A stretch of 56,779 nucleotides of DNA, the filler included, from Jimgerdemannia flammicorona (Eukaryota), in the NCBI GenBank assembly GCA_003990765.1. It is 3 parts of 3 records of this genome, joined end to end, with 100 filler letters (N's around TTAATTAATTAA, not from the genome) between each part and the next. Parts side by side here need not be neighbours in the genome. Positions count along the whole stretch, not along the records: positions 37,924 to 56,779 come from RBNJ01002088.1; 2 more parts are not named here. One strand, given 5' to 3'. The position numbers and the translations under genes were made by a program. This document shows positions 40,710-51,337 of this stretch, piece by piece (the first letter of the stretch is position 1; each line of letters opens with the position of its first letter). A model generated the notes under the pieces. That model had not been told where the DNA came from, did not search any database, and saw only the letters and a list, made by a program, of their open reading frames with translations.

Positions 40710-42191
40710 ATATAATTATTAATTAAACATATTAATTTATAATATAAATACTAATTAATTATTATAATAGTTAAAATAAAACTTAATATTTAACTAGAAC
40801 TCAAACCTGTTTAGTTAGAATCTTAAATATTTTAGTAGTTGGGTTTAAGGTATGCAGTTATTCTACTTGATATTCTTGTATGAACTACTGCTCACACAAT
40901 CTTGTCTGGTACTTTCAATAAATTGAAGTTATACTCGACATTCTCGGCTTCCAGGTAGGCTTGACAACCTCATTTCCGTCTACCGCATGGCACTGTAGTT
41001 TTCCGCGTAGACGCGGGTGACTAACACTCATACCAAGTGACCTCACGTCTCAAATCCCGCTTCGTCTCGCCGACCTTGAAGCATTCAGTCCCAGACCACG
41101 CTAGCCAAAAGGAAAAAAAAAAACGCCTTCGATTAGAGCCATACCATGATATGTCTGTCATCAAAGGCCTTCAGTTTTGATTTCGTGTGGAGGTTGCTGT
41201 AGCAATGATTACGTTAGCAAAGCTTTTTATCTGAGGAACATGCGGCAACTCGGGTGAAGTTGTGCTGGTGAGCGCGAGAATTCCGAGCGGAGATGGCTAG
41301 TGGAAACGGTGATGGGTCAACTGTGTTAAGGCAATAAACTGGTATTCTTGACCCAGAACTATTCGCGAGAGCAATTTTCAGATGGTACATCAAATTCAAG
41401 TTCAAAGCAATACCCTCTGACCTCACATCGCGCCTCGGATGCGAACCATTCTGTTTTGCGGACGCCTCGCGTATTATATGGACAATGTACACCTCCTCTC
41501 ATTAACAACGGAGGAATCAAGAAATACTTGGAGAATCTCGGCGCGACGTCAAGAACATACGTTTCTCTACATGGTTTGCACAAGATTCTTAAGGAGACGG
41601 CCCCACACACTACCACGGGGTTCAACAGACCCTAGCTATCGCAGTGCGTAAGATAGCGTCGCCTGCAATTTGGCCTCGCAGGCGATTTTTTTTTTTTTTT
41701 TTCCCGACTCGCTTTTGAGAGGGGTCTTTGATTCGCAGTATTCGCCTTCAACAAACCAACTGGGACAGTCGGTGCTTCTATCAGGGACCTCCCTCGTGTT
41801 CAATGCTGGATCACTATTGTCGAAAATCCATCGCACCCAGGATCAGGTCGGATGAGCCAATCGATTGACTGCAGGCAGCGGAAGGCAGCGCTTTTCTCCC
41901 TTCAGAGGGTTTTGTTATTGACCTAGCATTCCATGGACGAGCATGACCATTGTTCCCTTAATCGAGCCTCTGTTGTTGGTGGTATGCCGTTTTCTTCAAC
42001 TATATGTAATGATTGTCCAAACATACCTCGGTCAAAAAAATCATTGAAGTCATCCCAAGCATAAAGTTGATATCATATAGAGATAGGCATTTTTAACATA
42101 GGAATACAATGAGTAAATCATGTAGCAGCTTTACGTATATCATCATTTACATCCCTTCCCGGCGTTCTCCTCACTATCTCCGCCAACATTC

Positions 42192-42782
42192 TTATAGGCA
42201 GGCCCAGCTGCCGACTAGCAAGACAGCTTTCACGATGGTTGCGCCGGAGGTGGCACCGATATTCTGTAATATTGCGCATATGCTCCCGGCGGTGACGGAG
42301 CCTCCGTAACTGGCCATGATCATCGCGGCCAGCGTACCCTTCACGATGCCGTCTATTCCAAATCCAATGGCATGGACAACGGAAATAAACGCTTGGGCAA
42401 CGACGGAAATAAACGCTCGGGCAACGACGGGTATGACGAACCAAACCACGAAAATAAAAACGATGATTCCAGCCACGACTGCGGCAACATAGCGAGCATA
42501 ATTTTGTACATCTTCGTTGGCGACGAATTGCTTCGCCGGTTCCAAGACGTATTGGTCTACCGTTTCCGAGTTGGCGTATTGCTTCACCGGTTCCAAGACG
42601 TATTTGTCTACCGTTTCCGAATTGGCGTATTGCTGTACCGTTTCGGCGAGTTGTTGTGCTGTTTCCATGTTGACATATTGTTCTACTGCTTCCTTGTTGG
42701 AGTCGGCGTATTGCTTCACCGTTTCGGCGAATTGCTGTACCGTTTCCATGTTGGCGAGGTTTGCAAAATCCACGGGTGCCAT
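42192..42782 (-). CDS. IFI27/ISG12 (Ifi-6-16 family)-like membrane protein with N-terminal repeats (copy A), 196 aa
   Basis: AIGFGIDGIVKGTLAAMIMASYGGSVTAGSICAILQNIGA matches the ISG12 motif GFxxxGIxxxSxAAxMMS...GGxVxxGSxxAxLQSxGA. It is preceded by a TM segment and ETVQQYANS-type repeats. Confidence 0.85.
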   Translation of the reverse strand: MAPVDFANLANMETVQQFAETVKQYADSNKEAVEQYVNMETAQQLAETVQQYANSETVDKYVLEPVKQYANSETVDQYVLEPAKQFVANEDVQNYARYVAAVVAGIIVFIFVVWFVIPVVARAFISVVAQAFISVVHAIGFGIDGIVKGTLAAMIMASYGGSVTAGSICAILQNIGATSGATIVKAVLLVGSWACL

Positions 42783-43865
42783 GTCGACGATTAGCTTGAG
42801 TGTTGACGATTAATTTGATCAGAAGAGCTTGAGTTTGAGTGTCTTGGAAGCGGAGCTTTTGACAATGAAAGACTCACAACAGAAAGCTGTGAGGATGTAG
42901 GTATGTAGGTATCATCACTCATCACTGACCCTCTTTTGGGATAAGAATTGTATAAATGGATCGAATAAATGAAAAATATTACAAAAATTTGAACTTAAAA
43001 CATTCCTCCGGTTAGAAGCCATGTCCGTCATCAGAGATCTTTGGATTTCATTGTTGAGGTTGCCGCGGCAATACTTATTGTAGCAAAGTTTTTGACCAGA
43101 AGAACGTGGGCGACGTTGTGTGTGTTGGTGGAGCCCCATGTAATGGCAACAAATTGGTATTCTTGGCCCAGAAGCTATTCTTATACCGTGATCCGTCTCT
43201 AGCCGTGCCATTATTATTTATTTATTTATTTATTGTTGTTGTTGTTGGCAGAAACCGCTACCCATTGATATCCGAGTAAACTTTATGCACCATCGACATC
43301 GGAGCAGTGTTGAATTTCATAATCTACCATGCTGATTTACTATGTCATGGCAGAGTCGAGCAACCTCAAATGATAATGACAACTCCGACGACTGTTCCTC
43401 CAACAAAAACAACTGGAACAGTGGGTGCCGATCTCCAGGATCAAGCTGGAGATCGGACGACAATCAATCGCGTCAATCGATTGATCGCAGGCAATGCTTT
43501 TCTCCCCTCAGATAGTTTGAAATGTTTGCCCGACATCCCATGAATGAGTAGAACCATTGCTCCCTTAGTCGAACATATACTGTCGGTGGTATGCCGTTTT
43601 TCTAAAATTTATTTTTTATTCATGATAATTGCCCAAGTCAAAAGAACATTAAGGACATCATACATAAAGTCTGATATGGAAGGACTACAACGTCCAACAG
43701 TAAGTAAATCATGTGGTAGCTTTGTGTCCATAATATAACATATTTCCTTCCCGGCGTTTACAACTAGTCTGAGGTCATAATCAGTTTGAGCTCACCTGGT
43801 TTGAACTCCCGACCCCGGGTAACCTTTTGTAGGTAAAACCTCTTGGGGATGGTTTCAACAGGAGC

Positions 43866-44896
43866 CTAAAAGCGGGGTTTCATGACAGTATGGACCGCCA
43901 ACCCGTAATGACCGTTGGCGAGCTTGAGCTCACCTAGTCTATGCTCACCTAGTCTGACGCCAAGTGCTGCGACACCCACCCCGAGAGCTGCGCCGACGTA
44001 TGGGCCAAGAGCTCCGACTGAGGAAGTGGCACCAATGCTCTGTAACACGGCGCAGGCGCTCCCGGCGGGGACGAAACCTGCGTGGCTGGACATGATGTTC
44101 GCGGCGCACGTATTCGCCACGATGCCGCTTTGACCGAATCCCAGGGCATTGACGACAACGGGTGCGACGATAGGAATCACGATAACACCAATCACGGCTC
44201 CGGCGACGTAGGGGGCATACTTTTGTACATCTTCGTTGGCGGCGAATTGCTTCACCGCTTCCATATTGTTCTCACGATATCCATATCGGCGATTTGCTTT
44301 ACCATTTTCATATTGGCGATTTGCTTGAATGCTTCTCCGTTGGCGATTTGCTTTATCACTTCCATATCGGTGATTTGCTTGAATGCCTCACCATTGGCGA
44401 TTTGCTTTACTACTTCCATGTCGGCGATTTGCTTGAATGCCTCCCCGTTGGCGATTTGCTTGAACGCGATTTGTTTCAATGCCTCCATGTTGGCGATTTT
44501 TTTGAACGCCTCCCCGTTGGCGATTTGCTTTACCGCTTCCCCGCTGGTGATTTGTTTGAATGCCTCCATGTTGGCGATTCGCTTGAACGCCTCCCCGTTG
44601 GCGATTTGCTTTACTGCTTCCCCGCTGGTGATTTGCTTAAATGCCTCCATGTTGGCAATCTGCCTGAACGCCTCCCCGTTGACGACTTGCTTTACCGCTT
44701 CCCCGCTGATTATTTGCTTGAATGCCTCCATGTTGGCAATCTGCTTTACCACGTCTCCATTGGCGAGTTGCTTTATCGAGTCCATTTTGGCGATTTGCTT
44801 TATCGGGTCCATGTTGGCGAGTTGCTTCATTGCTTCCAAATTGGAGATTTGCTGCATCGGCTGCATGTTGGTGAATTGCTTGAATGCCTCCTCCAT
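43866..44896 (-). pseudogene. ISG12-like copy B: ~22 nonad repeats plus ISG12 domain, separated by a 1-bp frameshift near 44270
   Basis: Start context CATTCCAAAATGGAG is shared with copies C, D and F. The repeat ORF ends MDIVRTIWKR* while the ISG12 ORF 43866..44264 (LGFGQSGIVANTCAANIMSSHAGFVPAGSACAVLQSIGA) is in another frame. Copy D has one extra base here (GTGAAGGACAAC vs GTGAGAACAAT). Confidence 0.8.
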
Positions 44897-45164
44897 TTTG
44901 GAATGGCGGTATGTGTATGCAGTGCCTGTCAAGAGGGTTAGCCGAGTAGTATATGCAAACTATCATGTGAAACCGATTGTGGCGCTGCGGTCTTATTAAT
45001 TAATATATTGTGGGAATATCTATAATTTTTGAGTTTGAACACAATATATAAATAAAACAATCGATTGTAATTTACCTCACGCTTTCTGCGCCACTTGTCA
45101 CATCATTCCGTGTTTGACTTGCAGTCACCACCACATGCACACACCTCTATAGAAACATTCCAAA

Positions 45165-45656
45165 ATGGAGGCATTCAAGAAACTCCCCAACATGGACGCG
45201 ATAAAGCAAATCGCCAACATGGAAGCCGTAAAGCAAATCGCCAAAATGGACCCAATAAAGCAAATCGCCAACTCGGAGCCAATAAAGCAAATTGCCAACA
45301 TGGAAGTGGTAAAGCAAATCGCCAACTCGGAGCCGATAAAGCAAATCGCCGACAACGAAACTGTACAGAAGCTCGCTCCCTATGTCGCCGGAGCCGCCGT
45401 TGGTGCTATCGTACTTCCCATTGTCGCACCCGCCGTCGTCAATGCCATCGGTTTTGGAAAAGTCGGTATCGCGTCGAAAACATGCGGCGCGGCCATCATG
45501 TCGAGCTATGGAGGCTCCGTCCCCGTCGGGAGCACCTGCGCCGTGCTACAGAGCATCGGTGCCACTTCCTCAGTCGGAGCTGCTGGCGTAGCCGCCGGCG
45601 CAGCTCTCGGGGCGGGTGCCGTAGCAGTTCACCGCTGGACAGTTTCCAAACTTTAA
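45165..45656 (+). CDS. ISG12-like copy C with 7 nonad repeats, 163 aa, intact
   Basis: (MEAVKQIAN)-like x7, then YVAGAAVGAIVLPIVAP and AIGFGKVGIASKTCGAAIMSSYGGSVPVGSTCAVLQSIGA. Confidence 0.88.
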   Translation: MEAFKKLPNMDAIKQIANMEAVKQIAKMDPIKQIANSEPIKQIANMEVVKQIANSEPIKQIADNETVQKLAPYVAGAAVGAIVLPIVAPAVVNAIGFGKVGIASKTCGAAIMSSYGGSVPVGSTCAVLQSIGATSSVGAAGVAAGAALGAGAVAVHRWTVSKL

Positions 45657-46080
45657 GATGTGGCGGAATTTCAATGATTTCCTTTGATGTTATCATGCAT
45701 AAATAAATTGTGACAATGGAGGGAACAATGGTCCTGTTCGTTCATGTGATGTTTGAACTATAACAAGGGTGTCTGAAGAGAAGAAAGCACTACTTTCCGC
45801 TGCCTGCAGTCAATCGATTTGGGTGATGCATTATCGTCCGACCCCTAGCTCCGCACTTCGTAGCCTGTTTCTAGGTGTTGGGTGAATGCGCCAAGAGTGT
45901 CTAGCATTGAGGTTGTGCATGCACGGGGGGCGTATCTGATAGGGGCGCCGACCGTTCCAGTTGTGTTTTGTTGGAGAGGGAGCACTTGTCAAATACTGCG
46001 AATCACAGACCACCTATAAAGTCAGGTCGGAAAAAATCGCCTGCGAGGCCTAATTTGCGATAGGTTCGGTTGAAACCCGT

Positions 46081-47234
46081 TGAAGGGTGACGAGCGAACA
46101 TTATAGTATAGTGAAAACCACACACAAAATACCTAGCATAGTTACCCAGTATGTGCATCATCCAATTTGTATAAATAGCTGACATACCATTTTAGGGGAA
46201 TGCCCATCCCCTGAGAGAACACCTATTGTAATGGTTCTAGGTTTTTTAAGAGGAAGTAACTAAATCTGGAATATTCTAGTGGACCTAAAGTAGTTCAAAA
46301 AGATATTTATAGGTTCAGGTGATTTGAGAAAAGTATTCTGAGCTTTATTCAAGTGAACAGAAGAGCTTTTATATAGAATCTGTAAGAAGGATCCAGAAGA
46401 ATCTTAGAAATAAAAAGAAAAACCAAAAAAGTAGTTTTCACAAAGATGACTAATATAGTTTTATAATGTTTCAAGAGATTCTATAACTAGTTAAGATAAG
46501 ATATATAGTACTGAGAAAAATAAGAATATTTTAATAAAGTCTTGATACTAAAAAAGAGTTTTAAGTACTTAGAAGATATTGGAATATTGTAGAATATTTA
46601 AGAAAAGATAAGAAAAGACTAAAGAAAAGATACAAAAATATACTATGACTACAATATAACTAAGATAATATTATATCTATCTTCTGAGAGAACATCTGTT
46701 CTCTGAAGAAATATCTGTTCTCTTAGAATAATATCTATCATAATTAGCCCTACTATATATTTTTTAATTATCTAGATAACAACCAGATAGTAATTATACT
46801 TATATAAAATATTTCAGAGATGTGAGTAAATAAATCTCAGTCTAAGAATTCTAATTTTAAAATAAAAGCAAAAAAACAAATCTGCTTATAATATACTTCA
46901 AGAGATATATCTACCAAAAGTCACTTGATCAAGAAAAGAATTGTAATACTTAGGAGAAATATTTGCTCAAGAGTCACTGTTAAGGAGATTGTAAAATTCT
47001 TTCAAATATAATTATATAAAACTTCAGTCCACTTACTGATATTAGAAAGAATTTGCTGCCAAGTTCTAAGAAAGAACTTTACCCAGTTTAAGATGTTTTG
47101 GTCTGCTTATCAGAATAAGCTAGAAGATTTATTGAGACAAACAACTGAATATTTTGTTACTTTTTGACAAAGTAACTGGGGGCTCAAGCCAATCTACATT
47201 ACTTCCCCACTTGTAATTGAGCTGATATGTTACA
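46081..47234 (+). mobile_element. Degenerate LTR fragment inserted in the ISG12 cluster (related to 18173/19138)
   Basis: Right end GTAACTGGGGGCTCAAGCCAATCTACA...ATGTTACA is the reverse complement of the 19138 LTR terminus. AT-rich and CpG-poor. Left boundary approximate; no clean TSD. Confidence 0.6.
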
Positions 47235-48077
47235 GTAGTGAGTGGAGAAATGAATGGGGCCATCTCCTTGCAACTTCTATTTATGCCTTCATGCGGACAG
47301 TGTCTATTCCTGGTGTGGATCGAGATTCTTCAAGTGGTTCCTGATTCCCTTTGAGTCTGTATACCAGTTTGGTTCATATCCGAGGCGTGATGGGAGGCCA
47401 GAAGGGCATTAATGTAATATTGCTCGACGCATTCAAGTTCCAAATTGAATAGAATTGTGCAACTGGAATCGTTACTATTGGGGATTTTAACATTAAGGAG
47501 CATGTTTTTCTCGGTCTAAGAAGATTAAATCGAATGACGTCATTATTCGTTGTCGTCATCGTAGTCGCTGACTCGATGGTGACGTCAGGCATGATCCGTC
47601 TCATTTATTATTGTTATTATTATTATTGGCAGAAACCGCCATCCATTGCAATACGAGTAAGCTTATGGACGTTGGAAAAGTGGTTGAATTTCATGATCTG
47701 TCATGTTGATTTGCTGTGTCATGTTCAATCTCGATGGTAATGAATACAGTTTGTGTCATAGCTCAGGTTGTACTGAATACAGTTTGTGTGAGCAATCTCA
47801 GGTTGTACTGAATACAGTTCCACAACTCCGACGGTTGTTCCCCTCCAACAAAAGCATCGTCAATCGATTGAACGCAGGCAACGGAAGGCAGTGCTTTTCT
47901 CCCTGAAATCCCCTTGTTGTTAGCCTAGCATCCCATGAATGAACATAACTGTTGTTCTCTTAGCTGAACCTCTACTGTCGGGAGTAAACCATTTTTCTTC
48001 GATTTATTTTATTCACGATACTTTTCAAGTCAAACATCAAGGAAAAAATCACGTAGCAGCTTTATGTACATCGGCAT

Positions 48078-48813
48078 CTACATTTCCTTCCCGAGATTCT
48101 CGCCTATTCCGAGCTCACCTAATCTCACGCCGAGTGCTGCGACACCCACCCCGAGAGCTGCGCCGACGTATTGGCCAAGAGCTCAGACTGAGGAAGTGGC
48201 ACCGACGCTCTGTAACACGGCGCATGCGCTCCCGGCGGGGACGAAACCTGCGTGATGGCCGCGCCGCGCCACGATGCCGCCTTTTCCGAATCCCAGGGCA
48301 TTGACGACGACGGGTGCGACGATAGGAATCACGATAGCACCAACCACGGCTCCGGCGACGTAAGGGGTAGCCTTCTGTACATCTTCGTTGGCAGTGAATT
48401 GTTTCACCGCTTCCATGTTGTCCTTCACGATATCCATGTGAGCGATTTGCTTGAATGCCTCCCTGTTGGAGATTTGCTTGAATACCTCCCCCTTGGCGAT
48501 TTACTTTACCACTTCCATATCGGCGATTTACTTGAATGCCTCCCCGTTGGCGATTTGCTTTGCTTGAACACCTCCCCGTTTGGCGATTTGGTTTACCACT
48601 TCCGTGTCAGCGATTTTCTTGAATGCCTCTCCGTTTGCGATTTGCTTGAATGCCTCCGTGTCGATAATTTGCTTTACCGCTTCCATGACGGCGAGTTGCT
48701 GGAATGCTTCTCTGTTGGAGATTTGCTTGAATACCTCTATGTTTTACCGCTTCCCCGTTAGCGAGTTGCTTTATCGGCTCCATGTTGGTGAATTTCTTGA
48801 AAAATCCCTCCAT
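48078..48813 (-). pseudogene. ISG12-like copy D (paralogue of B), frameshifted
   Basis: Nonad repeats with frameshifts, a deletion inside the ISG12 motif (GGIVARRGHHAGFVPAGSACAVLQSVGA), and a premature TGA at 48185-48183. Confidence 0.8.
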
Positions 48814-48968
48814 TTTGGAATGTTTCTATGGTGGTGTGTGAAGTCGAGGCATTAAAAAGTAACTTGAGAGTATTATAACAAATGAGGCGAAGTTTATTAA
48901 AAAGTACCTTCTTTTTGAATCATGTGAAAACGATTCCATGACGTCACGTTTTCGTGCCTCCTTTTTTA

Positions 48969-49130
48969 TCAAGCTTAATCGTCAACTTTCAAGCTTAGAA
49001 CGTCAACACTCAAGCTTAATCGTCAACACTCAAGCTTAATACGTCAACACTCAAGCTTAATCGTCAACACTCAAGCTTAATACGTCAACACTCAAACTTA
49101 ATCGCCAGCACTCAAGCTTAATCCGTCAAC
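48969..49130 (+). repeat. Tandem minisatellite, 8 x 20-21 bp, abutting the ATG of copy E
   Basis: Unit TCAAGCTTAAT(A)CGTCAACAC with no spacers. Confidence 0.9.
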
Positions 49131-49364
49131 ATGGCATCCGTGGATTTGGCAATCCAAGTCGCCAACATGGTTTGGTGCGTCATACCCGTCGTTGCCCAAG
49201 TGTTTATTTCCGTGGTTAGTTTCGTTGTCCATGCCATTGGATTTGGAGTAGGCGGCATCGTGAAGGGTTCGTGTGCCGCGTTGATCATGGCCTATTACGG
49301 AGGTTACGTCGCCGTCGGGAGCATATGCGCAATATTACAGCATATCGGTGCCACCTGGGCTTAA
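49131..49364 (+). CDS. ISG12-like copy E, minimal 77-aa form without N-terminal repeats
   Basis: AIGFGVGGIVKGSCAALIMAYYGGYVAVGSICAILQHIGA; close paralogue of copy A within the inverted duplication. Confidence 0.75.
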   Translation: MASVDLAIQVANMVWCVIPVVAQVFISVVSFVVHAIGFGVGGIVKGSCAALIMAYYGGYVAVGSICAILQHIGATWA

Positions 49365-50633
49365 AAATGTTGGTGGGAATGAAATGTAAATGATGATATA
49401 CACAAAACTGCTATATGATTTACTCATTGTATTCCTGTTAAAAATGCTATCTTATATGATATCAATTTTAATGCTTGGGATGACTTCAATGATCATTTTG
49501 ACCATGGCATGTTTGGACAATTATTATATTATATAGTTGAAAAAAAAAACGGCATACCACCAACAGCAGAGGCTCGATTAAGGGAACAATGGTCCTGCTC
49601 GTCCATGGAATGCTAGGTCAATAGCAAAACCCTCTAAAGGGAGAAAAGCACCACCTTCCGCTGCATGCAGTCAATCGTTTGGCGTAATCCATTGTCATCC
49701 GACCTGATCCTGGGTGTTGAATACTTGCGTGGATTTTCGATAATAGTGATCCAGCATTGAGGTTGTGCATGCACGAGGGAGGCCCCTGATAGAGGCACCG
49801 ACTGTCCCAGTTGGTTTGTTGGAGGAGAAGGTTTGGCGAATACTGCGAATCAAAGACCCCTCTCAAAAGCGAGTCGGGGAAAAAAAAAAAATCGCCTGCG
49901 AGGCCGAATTGCAGGCGATGCTATCTTACGCATTACGATAGCTAGGTTCTGTCGAACCCCGCAGCAGTGTGTGGGGCCGTCTCCTTAAGAATCTTGTCTA
50001 TTGTCATGTATACCTTCATGCGGACCGTGTCGAGAAACGTATGTTCGTTACGACGCATCGAGATTCTCCAAGCGTTTCTTAATTCTTCTGTTGTTATTAT
50101 ATATTGTCCATATAATACGCAAGGCGTCCGTAAAAACAGTTTGGTTCGTACCCGAGGCGCGATGTGAAGCCAGAGGGCACTCGTATTTGATGTACCATCT
50201 GAAGATTGCTCTCGTGAATAATCCCGGGCCAAGAATACTAATTAGTTTATGGCCTTAACACAGTTGACCAACCACCGTCTCCACCAGCCATCTCCGCTCT
50301 GAATTTTCGCACTCACCAGCAAAATTTCACCCGAGTTGCCGCATGTTCCTCAGGTCAAACGTAATCATTGCTACAGAAACAACGAAATCAAAACTGAATG
50401 CCTCCAATGACGGCATGGCTCTGACCTTCTTTTTTTTTTTTTTTCCTTTTGGCTGGACATCTCCGCGAGGGTCCACGACGGCATGCTTCAAGGTCGGCGA
50501 AATGAAGAGAGATCCGAGACGTTTGTCCCATCCCGAATTGACGATTGAGGTCAACTTGGCAAGGCGACCAACTGCATGCCGCCGCTTAAGCCGGTGAATG
50601 GGAATTTTTTATGTTAGAGTGAGGTATTGAGGT

Positions 50634-50892
50634 ATGCCCTCCCCGTTGGCGATTTGCTTGCTTGAATGTCTCCTCGTTGACGATTTGCTTGAATGCCTCC
50701 GTGTTGGTAATTTGCTTCACCACCTCCATGTCGGCGAGTTGCTGGAATGCTTCTCCGTTGGAGATTTGCTTGAATGCCTCCGTGTTTGCAATCTGCTTTA
50801 CCGCTTCCCCGTTAGCGAGTTGCTCTATCGGTTTATGTAACGATTTGCTTTACGGCTTCCATTTTGGTGAATTGCTTGAAACCCCGCTCCAT
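50634..50892 (-). pseudogene. Copy F: truncated N-terminal nonad-repeat fragment lacking the ISG12 domain
   Basis: CATTCCAAAATGGAGCGGGGTTTCAAGCAATTCACC start followed by AAGCAAATCGCCAAC-type repeats with frameshifts; upstream DNA matches that of copy D. Confidence 0.7.
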
Positions 50893-51254
50893 TTTGGAAT
50901 GGTTTCTATGGCAGTGTGTTCAAGCCAGATAATATTTGAGGTCGAGGCGATTAAAAAGAGACTTGGGAGTATTATAACATTATTAAATTCGAATCTCCAA
51001 TAAATTCACTTCTCATGGGCTCCATGTATTTATGGATAACAGAAAAACTATGCATATCGTTGTACTGGCTTAATGATCAGACTGCACAATCCAGACATCT
51101 CACCACTAATTATTTAAAATTATTACACTCTGGAAAACTACCATGCAAACCTTTATAACAAAGATAACAATAATTGAACATCGAAAACAAAATGACAAAT
51201 AGTATCGCTACAAAATAGAAGAAACAACTAAGCATTGTTAAACAGTGTACGCCT

Positions 51255-51288
<34 letters not shown>

Positions 51289-51302
51289 AAAAAAAATTAA
51301 CC

Positions 51303-51337
<35 letters not shown>

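Larger units (their letters stand above)
41045..50522. repeat. Inverted segmental duplication, arms ~41045-42450 and ~49148-50522, bracketing the ISG12-like cluster
   Basis: For example, 41641-41690 GCAGTGCGTAAGATAGCGTCGCCTGCAATTTGGCCTCGCAGGCGA is the near reverse complement of 49890-49940. Similarity runs through both arms and into copies A and E. Confidence 0.85.

Noticed and set aside
44082..44999. 305-aa and 215-aa plus-strand ORFs with ASPLAICLN / GDLLECL repeats (and similar ORFs at 48252, 50634, 50662)
   Set aside because: These are antisense shadows of the 27-bp coding repeat; the minus-strand frame is the one that connects to the ISG12 domain.
48969..49130. CRISPR-like array
   Set aside because: Units are directly adjacent with no unique spacers, there are no cas genes, and the context is eukaryotic.
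49892..49946. Helitron 3' end (hairpin followed by CTAG)
   Set aside because: Homology between copies continues well past the CTAG, so it is not an element terminus.
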